64,000 nucleotides of DNA. It comes from Gaiella sp. (GTDB lineage: Bacteria > Actinomycetota > Thermoleophilia > Gaiellales > Gaiellaceae). The stretch is taken from positions 1,441-65,440 of the forward strand of contig DATBIQ010000138.1 of assembly GCA_036556865.1 (NCBI GenBank). The letters are read 5' to 3'. Positions 33,896 through 42,897 of the stretch are shown piece by piece. A program made the translations under genes and the position numbers. Positions within the stretch are counted from its first letter, which is position 1, and each line of letters begins with the position of its first letter. Below the pieces are notes generated by a model, which saw nothing but the letters and a program-made list of their open reading frames with translations, had not been told where the DNA came from and did not search any database.

Positions 33896-34648
33896 TCAGC
33901 GCGCGATGAACCCCCCGTCGACGTAGAGCTCGAGCCCGGTGACGAAGGACGCGTCGTCGCTCGCGAGGAACGCGACGGCGGCCGCGACCTCCTCCGGGCG
34001 GCCGAGCCGGCCCATCGGCGTGAGGTCGATCATCGTCTGCTCGAACGGCGTTCCTCTCGCGGTGTCGAGGATCGGCGTGTCGATGAAGCCGGGATGCACG
34101 GAGTTGACGCGCACGCCGCGGTCGACCCAGTGGAGGGCCGTGTTCTTCGTCAGCGTCCGCACGGCGCCCTTGGCCGCGTGGTAGGCGGGTGACGTCCCGA
34201 AGCCGCCGCTCGTGCCGAAGATCGAGCTGATGTTGACCACCGAGCCGCGGCCCGACGCGGCGAGCGCCGCCGCGGCGGTCTTCATGCCGAGGAAGACGCC
34301 CGTCTGGTCGATCGCGATCGTCCGCTCCCACTCCTCGAGCGACGTCTCCTCGATCGGCGCGAGGTCACCCATCCCGGCGTTGTTGACGAGGACGTCCAGC
34401 GCCCCGAGCCGGTCGACGGTCGCCGCGACCGACGCCTGCCATTCCTCCTCCGAGGTGACGTCGAGGTGCGCGTACTCCGCGCCGCGTCCCTCGCCGACGA
34501 GCCGCTCCGCGAGCTCCGTCCCCTTCGTGTCGTCGATGTCGGTCACCATGACCGCCGCCCCCTCGCTCGCGAGCCGCTCGACGATCGCCTTCCCGATTCC
34601 GCTCGCGCCGCCCGTGACGAGCGCCACGCGTCCTTCGAGCCGGTTCAT
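33896..34648 (-). CDS. Short-chain dehydrogenase/reductase
   Basis: TGGASGIG, NNAG, YHAAK. Confidence 0.93.
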   Translation of the reverse strand: MNRLEGRVALVTGGASGIGKAIVERLASEGAAVMVTDIDDTKGTELAERLVGEGRGAEYAHLDVTSEEEWQASVAATVDRLGALDVLVNNAGMGDLAPIEETSLEEWERTIAIDQTGVFLGMKTAAAALAASGRGSVVNISSIFGTSGGFGTSPAYHAAKGAVRTLTKNTALHWVDRGVRVNSVHPGFIDTPILDTARGTPFEQTMIDLTPMGRLGRPEEVAAAVAFLASDDASFVTGLELYVDGGFIAR

Positions 34649-34805
34649 CGCTCCTCCTCGTGGTCGACCGTTCACGAGAGCATGCCCTCGTCCGCGTGGC
34701 CGCAACCACACGGCGGCGGCCGCCCGTCCCGAGGAGCGCTGCCGGGCGGGTCCCTGGGCCGACCTCCGTTGCGCCGTCACCGCCACCGGGCCTATCCTGG
34801 GTCGG

Positions 34806-34821
34806 TTGACTGACCGTTCAA
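34806..34821. promoter_or_regulatory. Putative TetR operator TTGACTGACCGTTCAA
   Basis: Imperfect palindrome at tetR start; similar to 38922-38937. Confidence 0.55.
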
Positions 34822-35450
34822 TCGCACGCGAGCGCACCGCCGGGGAGCGCCAGCCCGGCGCCGAGGAGAAGCGGCGCCGGATTCTCGAGGCCGCGGTGCG
34901 GGTGTTCGCCCGCCGGGGGTTCCATGCCTCGCGCGTCGGCGACATCGCCGAGGAGGCGGGCGTCGCACACGGCCTCCTGTACCACTACTTCTCGTCGAAG
35001 GACGAGGTGCTGCAGACGGTCTTCCGCGAGAACTGGGCGGAGCTGCTCGGGCGGTTCGAGCAGGTCGAGGCGTCGGACGAGCCGGCGGACGAGAAGCTGC
35101 ACGGCCTTCTCAAGATCCTGCTGCGCACGTGGCGCAACGACCCGGACCTCGTCACGGTGATGGTGCGCGAGGTCGGCCGGAGCGCCCATCTCGCCAGTCA
35201 GGTCGAGGTCATCGGCCAGGGCTTCGCGGTGATCGAGCGCGTGATCCGGCAGGGCCAGGGCGAGGGGGTGTTCCGCGCGGACCTCGACCCCCGTCTCGCG
35301 AGCTGGGTGGTGTACGGCGGCCTCGAGGAGATCCTCACGGGCTGGGTGATGGGAAGGCTCCCCGACGGCGACGAGGAGGTCGCCCGTGCCGAGCGCACGA
35401 TCGTCGACGTCGTCCTCCGCGGCCTCGGCACGGCGCCGGTCGTCGCCTGA
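34806..35450 (+). CDS. TetR family regulator (FadR/YsiA-like)
   Basis: ILEAAVRVFARRGF...IAEEAGVAHGLLYHYFSSK; TTG start estimated. Confidence 0.92.
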   Translation: MTDRSIARERTAGERQPGAEEKRRRILEAAVRVFARRGFHASRVGDIAEEAGVAHGLLYHYFSSKDEVLQTVFRENWAELLGRFEQVEASDEPADEKLHGLLKILLRTWRNDPDLVTVMVREVGRSAHLASQVEVIGQGFAVIERVIRQGQGEGVFRADLDPRLASWVVYGGLEEILTGWVMGRLPDGDEEVARAERTIVDVVLRGLGTAPVVA

Positions 35451-36738
35451 CGGCGGCGCACGGCGCGACACGCTCGTCCTCGGGGCGGGCGCGCTCGGCC
35501 TCGCCTGGGCGCTGACGACGACGGCGGCGTACCTGCCGCCCATCCTCGGCCGCTACACGGAGTCGACGACGCTCGTCGGCCTCGTCCTCGCCGCCGAGGG
35601 CGTCTTCGCGCTGACCCTCCCGCTCGTGATCGGCCCCTGGAGCGACACGTTCCACACGCCGCTCGGCCGGCGGCGGCCCTTCATGCTGGCGGCGCTCGGC
35701 CCGATGACGTTCGCGCTCGCCCTGCTGGCCTTCATGCCCAACCTCTGGACGACGGCGCTGATGCTCTTCGCGCTCTTCTTCGCGTACTACGTCTACGAGC
35801 CGCCGTACCGGGGCCTCTATCCCGACGTCCTCCCCGACAGCGTCTTCGGTCGCGCCCAGGGCGTCCAGCACGTCTTCCGCGGCGTCGCGATCGCGGGCGC
35901 GCTCATCGGCGGCGGCTACCTGTTCCACGTCTGGCGGCCGGCGCCGTTCCTCGTCGCGTCCGGCGTGGTCGCGGCTGCGTGCCTCGTCCCGATCGTGCTC
36001 GTGACGGAGGACGGCGGTCACGGGCGGGTGTTCGAGGGGGTGCGTACCTACGTCGCGCAGTCGTGGCGCGTGCTGCGCGCGAACCGCGACGTGGCGACCT
36101 TCCTGGCGTGCAACACCGCCTGGGAAGGAACCTTCGCCGGAGCGCGCACCTTCGTCGTGCTCTACGTCACCGTCGGGCTCGACGAGCCGCTCGTCACGTC
36201 GACCTACATCCTCGCGGCGGTCGCGGGCGGCTACATCGTCGCGGCGCTCGTGGCCGGCCCGATCGGGGATCGCGTCGGGCTCGCGCGCGTGATCAGCGCC
36301 GCGTCCGCCGTCTACGGGCTCGGGCTGCTCGCCGGAGGGTTCGGTCGCGAGTGGCACGCCTGGTACCTCGGCCTGATCTTCGTCGTCGCGATCGCCGGCG
36401 GCACCGTCATGACGCTCGCGTGGGGCCTCCTGTTCAAGCTGATGCCGCCCGGCGAGCGGGGCGCGATCTCGGGGCTCGCGACGACGACGAAGGGCGTCGG
36501 GCTCGTGATCGGGCCGCTCGCGGCGGGCGCCGTGATCGACATCCTCGGCCCGCACCTCGAGGCGACGGAGGGCTACCAGGCGCTCTGGCCGGTGCTCGGG
36601 CTGCCGATCATCCTCGCGATCCCGCTCGTGGCGCGCCTCGCGCGCGTCGAGTCAGAGGCAGACCGCGTGGCCGCCGGCGAGCAGACCGAAGCCCCAGACG
36701 TCACCGTCGAGAACGTAGACGACCGACCGGCGCCGTGA
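35386..36738 (+). CDS. MFS transporter (start uncertain)
   Basis: About 12 TM segments; WSD...LGRRRPF, GDRVG loops. Confidence 0.85.
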   Translation: MPSARSSTSSSAASARRRSSPDGGARRDTLVLGAGALGLAWALTTTAAYLPPILGRYTESTTLVGLVLAAEGVFALTLPLVIGPWSDTFHTPLGRRRPFMLAALGPMTFALALLAFMPNLWTTALMLFALFFAYYVYEPPYRGLYPDVLPDSVFGRAQGVQHVFRGVAIAGALIGGGYLFHVWRPAPFLVASGVVAAACLVPIVLVTEDGGHGRVFEGVRTYVAQSWRVLRANRDVATFLACNTAWEGTFAGARTFVVLYVTVGLDEPLVTSTYILAAVAGGYIVAALVAGPIGDRVGLARVISAASAVYGLGLLAGGFGREWHAWYLGLIFVVAIAGGTVMTLAWGLLFKLMPPGERGAISGLATTTKGVGLVIGPLAAGAVIDILGPHLEATEGYQALWPVLGLPIILAIPLVARLARVESEADRVAAGEQTEAPDVTVENVDDRPAP

Positions 36739-37158
36739 TCCCGGCAGCGTGAACGCCTCGTAGCCGCGGCACGCGGTTCGCCGGAGCGGGGCGTACGTCG
36801 ACCGCAGGCGGAGCTCCGGCTCACCGATCGCAAGCCCCTGGGCGGTGCGCCAGCCGGCCGGCGCCCACAGCGTGAAGATCGCGACGACGCGACCGCGGCG
36901 GAGCTCGACGCCCGCGCCCTCCGGGCGGAATGCGAACCGATTGAAGTAGAGCGTCTCGGCGGCGCAGGCGCGGCAGCGTCCGTACGCCCGGCCCCAGGCC
37001 GCGGTGACGTCGTCGAGGGTCGAGCCGAGCGTGACGCCGCCGAGCGAGCGCCCGGGGACGAACACGCCTGCGTCGGGCGGGGCGGCTCGCGACGCGCCGG
37101 CCGCGACGGCCGAGATCACCGCGGCGAGGAGGAGTCCCGCCGCGGCCCTGCGGCTCAC
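36652..37158 (-). CDS. Secreted hypothetical protein
   Basis: Signal VSRRAAAGLLLAAVISAVAAG; overlaps upstream gene stop by 4 nt. Confidence 0.6.
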   Translation of the reverse strand: MSRRAAAGLLLAAVISAVAAGASRAAPPDAGVFVPGRSLGGVTLGSTLDDVTAAWGRAYGRCRACAAETLYFNRFAFRPEGAGVELRRGRVVAIFTLWAPAGWRTAQGLAIGEPELRLRSTYAPLRRTACRGYEAFTLPGSRRRSVVYVLDGDVWGFGLLAGGHAVCL

Positions 37159-38351
37159 GCGCGGCCGAACGCGTTCTCGCCCGTCAGCGCCTGGCCGACG
37201 ACGAGCGTGTGCACCTCGTGCGTGCCCTCGTACGTCAGCACCGACTCGAGGTTGTTCATGTGCCGGATCACGGGGTACTCGAGCGTGATCCCGTTCCCGC
37301 CGAGAATCGTCCGCGCGGAGCGGCACACCTCGAGCGCGCCCCGGACGTTGCCCATCTTCCCGAGGCTGACGTGCTCGGGCCGGAGCGTGCCCTCGTCCTT
37401 CATGCGGCCGATGTGGAGGGCGACGAGGCTCGCGCGGTTGATCTCGAGCGCCATCTCGGCGAGCTTCTGCTGCGTCAGCTGGTAGACGGCGATCGGCTTG
37501 CCGAAGACGATCCGCTCCCGTGCATAGCGGAGCGCCTCCTCGAAGCACGCCCGTGCCGCCCCCACGGCGCCGAAGACGATGCCGAAGCGCGCCTCGTTGA
37601 GGCACGAGAGCGGGCCGCGGAGGGTCGACGACCCGGGCAGCATCGCCTCGCCGGGGACACGCACGTCCTGGAGCACGAGCTCGGACGTCACCGAGGCCCG
37701 GAGCGAGAGCTTCTTGTGGATCTCGGGCGCCGCGAAGCCCGGCGTGCCCTTCTCGACGAGGAAGCCGCGAATCTCTCCCTCCTCGGTGCGGGCCCAGACG
37801 ACGGCGACGTCGGCAATGGTGCCGTTCGTGATCCACATCTTCGCCCCGTTGATGACCCAGTCCGAGCCGTCGCGGCGCGCGTGCGTGCGCATCGCGCCGG
37901 GGTCGGAGCCTGCGTCGGGCTCGGTGAGGCCGAAGCAGCCGATCGCCTCGCCGCGGTGCATCGCGGGCAGCCAGCGCTCCTTCTGCTCCTCGGACCCCCA
38001 GCGCCAGATGGCGAACATCGCGAGCGACCCCTGCACGGAGACCGCACTGCGGACGCCGGAGTCGCCCGCCTCGAGCTCGAGGCAGGTGAGGCCGTAGGCC
38101 ACCGAGCTCGCGCCGGGCAGCCCGTAGCCCTCGAGGTGCATCCCGAAGAGGCCGAGCTTCGCGAGCTCCTGGACGATCTCACGGGGCAGGATCCCCTGCT
38201 CGAACCAGTCGCCGACCTCGGGGAGCACCCGCTGGCGGACGAACTGCCGGACGGTGTCGCGGATCGCGCGTTCCTCGTCGTCGAGGAGCGCGTCGAGGGC
38301 GAGGAAATCGAGTGGGTCGAGCTGCGTCGGTGCCTGGGTGGTCGTCGCCAC
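37155..38351 (-). CDS. Acyl-CoA dehydrogenase (glutaryl-CoA dehydrogenase-like)
   Basis: GCFGLTEPDAGSDP, KMWITNG, SLRASVTSE, TYEGTHEVH. Confidence 0.9.
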   Translation of the reverse strand: MATTTQAPTQLDPLDFLALDALLDDEERAIRDTVRQFVRQRVLPEVGDWFEQGILPREIVQELAKLGLFGMHLEGYGLPGASSVAYGLTCLELEAGDSGVRSAVSVQGSLAMFAIWRWGSEEQKERWLPAMHRGEAIGCFGLTEPDAGSDPGAMRTHARRDGSDWVINGAKMWITNGTIADVAVVWARTEEGEIRGFLVEKGTPGFAAPEIHKKLSLRASVTSELVLQDVRVPGEAMLPGSSTLRGPLSCLNEARFGIVFGAVGAARACFEEALRYARERIVFGKPIAVYQLTQQKLAEMALEINRASLVALHIGRMKDEGTLRPEHVSLGKMGNVRGALEVCRSARTILGGNGITLEYPVIRHMNNLESVLTYEGTHEVHTLVVGQALTGENAFGRA

Positions 38352-38449
38352 GGTGGGATCCTCCGGTCGGTCGAGGCGCTCTGATTGTAGAGCGGCCCCG
38401 TCGCCGCCCGGGCCTGGACACGGCAACCGCGAGCCAGGATGATGCCGGC

Positions 38450-38929
38450 GTGCCAGGAGTCGAGGAGCTGCTCGAGGTCGCACGCGGACGGATCGAGCGC
38501 CTCGAGCCCGACGCCGCATGGGCTGCGGCCTCGGGGAGAGACGCGCTGATCCTGGACATCCGCTCGGAGGACGACCGCCGTGCCACCGGCATCGTGCCCG
38601 GATCGCTGCACATCCCGCGCACGGTGCTCGAGTGGCGAGTGGACCCGTCCAGCGCGTGGCACAACCCTCGGGTCGGGGGGCGTGACCGCCGGCTCGTGCT
38701 CCTCTGCACGCACGGGTTCTCGTCCTCCCTCGCGGCGGCCACGCTCGTCGACCTCGGCTTCGAACGGTCGGGTGACGTGATCGGCGGCTTCGAGGCGTGG
38801 TCCCGTCGCGGGCTGCCGATCGTCCGGGCCCCGCCGCGCCGCGACGGTGAGCTGCCCGGGATGGGCTGGCCGGAGGCGGGGCCGCCCACGCTTGCCCCAC
38901 CATCCGGCGCGGGCTACCCTATTGACTGA
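38450..38929 (+). CDS. Rhodanese-like domain protein
   Basis: LDIR, GIVPGSLHIPR, CTHGFSS, GGFEAW. Confidence 0.85.
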   Translation: MPGVEELLEVARGRIERLEPDAAWAAASGRDALILDIRSEDDRRATGIVPGSLHIPRTVLEWRVDPSSAWHNPRVGGRDRRLVLLCTHGFSSSLAAATLVDLGFERSGDVIGGFEAWSRRGLPIVRAPPRRDGELPGMGWPEAGPPTLAPPSGAGYPID

Positions 38930-38938
38930 CTAGTCAAT
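38921..38938. promoter_or_regulatory. Palindromic operator ATTGACTGACTAGTCAAT
   Basis: ATTGACT...AGTCAAT inverted repeat about 20 nt before the acyl-CoA dehydrogenase start. Confidence 0.65.
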
Positions 38939-38957
38939 CGACGCCCAGGAGCACGCG

Positions 38958-40142
38958 ATGGCGACCATGGAGACCGGCCTTGCGAACGGCGTCTCGTTCG
39001 CGCTCACCGATGAGCAGAAGGAGCTCCGTGCGCTCGCGCGGGAGTTCGCGGAGAAGGAGATCCGTCCGAGGGCGGCGGAGCACGACGAGCACCAGACGCA
39101 CCCCGCCGAGATCGTGGCGAAGGCGCACGAGCTCGGGCTCATGAACCTGCACTTGCCCGAGTCGCTCGGCGGTCCCGAGCTGTCCGCCTTCGACGGGATG
39201 CTCGTCGGCGAGGAGCTCAACTGGGGGTGCTCCGGGATCGGCACGTCCATCGGCGCGAACGGCCTCGCCGCCGGTCCGATCCTGATCGCGGGCACGGAGG
39301 AGCAGAAGCGCGAGTGGCTCGCGCCGCTCGTCTCCGAGCCGATCCTCGGCTGCTTCGGGCTCTCCGAGCCGGGCGCCGGCTCGGACGTCTCCGGCATCGG
39401 GACGACCGCGGTGCGGCAGGGCGACCACTACGTCGTCAACGGCTCGAAGATGTTCATCACGAACGCGGGCCAGGCGTCGTGGATCGTCTGCTTCGCGTCG
39501 ACCGACAAGTCGAAGGGGCACCGCGGCCTCTCCGCCTTCGTGATCCCGATGGACAGCGAGGGCGTCACGATCGAGAAGCACCTCGACAAGATGGGTCAGC
39601 GCGCGACCGACACGTCGGCCGTCGCGTTCCAGGACGTCGTCGTCCCCGAGGCGAACCGCCTGGGCGGCGAGGGCGACGGGTTCAAGATCGCGATGCAGAC
39701 GCTCGACTTCACCCGCCCGGGCACGGCGGTGGGAGCGGTCGGCGTCGCGCAGGCGGCGTACGAGCTGGCCGTCGACTACGCGAAGGAGCGCGTCCAGTTC
39801 GGCATGCCGATCGCGATGAACCAGGGCGTCTCGTTCCTCATCGCGGACATGGCGGCGGAGATCGAGGCGGCCCGGCTGCTCACGTGGCAGGCGGCGTGGA
39901 TGATCGACGAGGGCTACGGCCGCAAGGCGACGAAGTACTCGTCGTTCGCCAAGCGCTTCGCCGCCGACACGGCGATGAAGGTCACGACGGACGCCGTGCA
40001 GGTCTTCGGCGGCTACGGCTACATCAAGGAGTACCCCGTCGAGAAGCTCATGCGCGACGCGAAGCTGTTCCAGATCTACGAGGGCACGTCGCAGATCCAG
40101 CGGCTCGTGATCGCCAAGGAGATCTTCCTGCCGAGCGCCTAG
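38958..40142 (+). CDS. Acyl-CoA dehydrogenase
   Basis: FGLSEPGAGSD, KMFITN, FGGYGY, IYEGTSQIQ. Confidence 0.94.
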   Translation: MATMETGLANGVSFALTDEQKELRALAREFAEKEIRPRAAEHDEHQTHPAEIVAKAHELGLMNLHLPESLGGPELSAFDGMLVGEELNWGCSGIGTSIGANGLAAGPILIAGTEEQKREWLAPLVSEPILGCFGLSEPGAGSDVSGIGTTAVRQGDHYVVNGSKMFITNAGQASWIVCFASTDKSKGHRGLSAFVIPMDSEGVTIEKHLDKMGQRATDTSAVAFQDVVVPEANRLGGEGDGFKIAMQTLDFTRPGTAVGAVGVAQAAYELAVDYAKERVQFGMPIAMNQGVSFLIADMAAEIEAARLLTWQAAWMIDEGYGRKATKYSSFAKRFAADTAMKVTTDAVQVFGGYGYIKEYPVEKLMRDAKLFQIYEGTSQIQRLVIAKEIFLPSA

Positions 40143-40151
40143 CGGGAACGC

Positions 40152-40904
40152 TCAGCGCGACGTCGCGCCCAGCGGTTCGCGCACGAACGCCTCGAGAAGC
40201 GCGAGGAGGTCGGGGTGCTCCATCAGCGCGACCCCGTGGTCGCGGCCCTCGACGAGCTCGAGCCGCTTGGCCGTCGACCTCGCCGCGTCATGGAGCGCCC
40301 GTGCGTCTGCCGCGAAGTCGTAGGGGGCGTTCTGGTCCTCGCGCGAGGCGAGGAACAGCGCCGGCACGACGAGGCGCGGAGCGGAGGGGCGCGCGTCGAT
40401 GCGCCCGGCGATCACCGCCGGAGCCGAGAGGGCCGCGACGCCCGCGACGGAGGGTTTGATAGAGGCGCCCGCGACGACTGCGGCGATGCCGCCGAGCGAC
40501 GCGCCGGCGAGCACGACCTTCCGCGCTCCGAGAGCCCGTACCGTCTTCACCGCCGCCGCGTAGTCGGCGGCGAGGCGTCCGTACTGGACGCGCCCCTTCG
40601 AGGATCCGTGACCTCGGAAGTCGAATGCGAACGCCCAGATTCCCCGCGCGGCGAGCCGGCGCGCGGCGGGTAGCCACTCGCAGAGGCTCCCGTTCGACTG
40701 ATGCGCGAGTACGACCACCGGCTTCGTGCCCGGCCGGAGGCCGCCGAAGCGGTGCCCCACCAGACGGACGCCGTCGCTCGTCCGGAAAGGGACATCCTTG
40801 CCGCGCACGCAATCGTGCGTCGTCGCGCTGGGCGTCGCCGAGGCGGACGCCGCGAGGGCTCCGAGCGCGAGGAGCAGGGCCGCGATCGGGAACGTCCTCC
40901 GCAT
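40152..40904 (-). CDS. Secreted alpha/beta hydrolase
   Basis: Signal peptide; DFRGHG, GASLGG, C-terminal HG. Confidence 0.85.
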   Translation of the reverse strand: MRRTFPIAALLLALGALAASASATPSATTHDCVRGKDVPFRTSDGVRLVGHRFGGLRPGTKPVVVLAHQSNGSLCEWLPAARRLAARGIWAFAFDFRGHGSSKGRVQYGRLAADYAAAVKTVRALGARKVVLAGASLGGIAAVVAGASIKPSVAGVAALSAPAVIAGRIDARPSAPRLVVPALFLASREDQNAPYDFAADARALHDAARSTAKRLELVEGRDHGVALMEHPDLLALLEAFVREPLGATSR

Positions 40905-40934
40905 CGACTGCAATACTGACCGTACATCAATGAC

Positions 40935-40950
40935 ATGTCAATTTTGACAT
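40935..40950. promoter_or_regulatory. PadR-type operator ATGT-N8-ACAT
   Basis: ATGTCAATTTTGACAT palindrome overlapping the padR start codon. Confidence 0.7.
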
Positions 40951-41482
40951 GAGCCTGCGCTTTGCCCTCCTCGGCCTCCTCGCCGATCGTCCCCACACCG
41001 GCTGGCAGCTGCTGAAGCAGTTCGAGGGCTCGCTGGCGTACGCCTGGCCGGCGCTCCACAGCCAGATCTACCCCGAGCTCGCCCGTCTCCGGGAGGCAGG
41101 CCTCATCGAGCAGACGGGGGAGGGCGCCCGCGGGGCCAAGCAGTACGCGCTCACCGAGGACGGCCGCACGGCACTCGAGCGCTGGCTTCGCGAGACGCGC
41201 CCGAGCCGCTCCACGCGGGACGACGCCCTGCTGCGCGTGTTCTTCCTGTGGCTCCTCGAGCCGAGCGAGGCGGCCTCGTACCTCGACGGCGAGGCGGTCT
41301 ACAACCGCGAGCTGCTCGCCGAGCTCGAGCGGATCCGCGACACCGAGCAGCCGCAGACGTCGACCGACCACGCGTACCGCCTCGCGCTCGACTACGGGAT
41401 CCGCGTCGTCGCCGCGAGGCTCGAGTGGGCGGAAGCCTCGGCTGCGCTCGTCCGGTCCCGCGGCGCGGCCGAGGTCGCGTGA
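40949..41482 (+). CDS. PadR/AphA family regulator
   Basis: LRFALLGLL, SQIYPELARL, YALTEDG. Confidence 0.92.
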   Translation: MSLRFALLGLLADRPHTGWQLLKQFEGSLAYAWPALHSQIYPELARLREAGLIEQTGEGARGAKQYALTEDGRTALERWLRETRPSRSTRDDALLRVFFLWLLEPSEAASYLDGEAVYNRELLAELERIRDTEQPQTSTDHAYRLALDYGIRVVAARLEWAEASAALVRSRGAAEVA

Positions 41483-41488
41483 TCGCCC

Positions 41489-42667
41489 CTACGACACGAG
41501 CCCGCGCTGGAACGGCGGCAGGAAGCCCGGCGCGACGCGGACGTCGCCGAGCCAGGCGACGAGGCGCTCCGCCTCGGCCTCGACCGCCTGCGCGGCGTCC
41601 GTGCCGACGTCCTCGAGGAGCCGGACGACGACCTCGCCGTCCTTCCTCTGCGCCCAGCCGCCGACCACGCGGCCGTCCCACCACACCGTCGGCCCCGCAT
41701 TGCCGTTGCCGTCGAAGAGGACGGACGCGTGCTCGCCGAGATACCAGTCCCGCTGCTTCCAGCCCATCGTCGTGGGGTCGAGCGTCGGCAGGAGGGCGGC
41801 CGAGGGCTCGGGCCGATCGGTCGGATCGAGGTCGTCGGCGAGGACGTAGCCCGTCGTGCCGACGAGGTCCACGGTCGCGTGTGGAACGGCCGCGACCGCG
41901 GCGCGGGCCTCGCCGGCCGTCCAGCCGGCCCACCACCGGATGTCCGTCTCCGTCGCCGGGCCGAACGACCCGAGCCAGCGGCGCAGCAGCTCCGCCCGGG
42001 CGGCGCCCGGCTCGAGCGACTCGAGCTCGTGGCCCAACCAGGCGCTCGTCGGCGCCCAGCGGTACTGGCCGTTCGTCCACGACGTGCGCGGCCGCCCGCG
42101 CGTCAGCCGTCCGTCGGCAGCGAGGAGTGGGAGGATCCGCGAGGCGACGCTGACCTGCGCCTCCCAGCGGGTGCCGGCGCCGAGGCGGAGCTTGGTCGCC
42201 AGGAGAGGCTCGTCGGTGGACAGGTCGGAGGTGAAGGCCTCCCCGCGCGACTCGACCGCTCTGAGCGCAACTGCGGCTCGTTCCTCGAGCCAGGCGTCAG
42301 GATCTCCGTCGGTGACGCCGCTCTGCGCGACGAACCCGGCGAGCCGCTTCCACTCGCGAGCCGCGATCGTCCGCGTGCATGCGGCGTGGACGACCGCCGC
42401 GAGCGCCCGCGGAACGACCCACAGCGTCCGTCGCATCCCGAGCATGCGGACGAGCGACCGTGCCTCGTAGAGCGCGTCCTCGAGGCCCTCGGGCCGAAAG
42501 TCGAGCGAGCGCGCCCACGTGGAGAGAAAGACCGTCGCCGGGTCGGTCGAGTGGAGCGCCACGAGCGACTCGGCGACCTCGAGCGGGCTCGAGGCCCTCG
42601 TCTCGGTGGCCAGCCGGTGCCGCCGAACGATCCGCGCCCGCCGTTCCTCCACACCGATGCGCTGCAC
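41489..42667 (-). CDS. HTH_42 (AlkZ/YcaQ-like) DNA glycosylase
   Basis: ALHSTDP, MRRTL, FGPAT..D..WW, LLP.LD, GRVVGGW. Confidence 0.88.
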   Translation of the reverse strand: MQRIGVEERRARIVRRHRLATETRASSPLEVAESLVALHSTDPATVFLSTWARSLDFRPEGLEDALYEARSLVRMLGMRRTLWVVPRALAAVVHAACTRTIAAREWKRLAGFVAQSGVTDGDPDAWLEERAAVALRAVESRGEAFTSDLSTDEPLLATKLRLGAGTRWEAQVSVASRILPLLAADGRLTRGRPRTSWTNGQYRWAPTSAWLGHELESLEPGAARAELLRRWLGSFGPATETDIRWWAGWTAGEARAAVAAVPHATVDLVGTTGYVLADDLDPTDRPEPSAALLPTLDPTTMGWKQRDWYLGEHASVLFDGNGNAGPTVWWDGRVVGGWAQRKDGEVVVRLLEDVGTDAAQAVEAEAERLVAWLGDVRVAPGFLPPFQRGLVS

Positions 42668-42897
42668 GCCCGGCTTCTACCAGGACGGTGGTGCCGGCGA
42701 TGTTCGTCGAGCTCCACGCCGGGCTTCATGCGTGGGCTCACCGTTCCAACGGACTGCTCGATGTCCTGCAGTACCGGGTCGCGCAGCGCGCCCGAGCGGG
42801 GTCACGCGGCGAGGGGCGAAACTCGTCGTCTCGGAGGTCGGTCGTCCCTCGAACGGGTGAGAGCTCGCGCTCGTGACCTCGGCTACATTTCGAGGCC

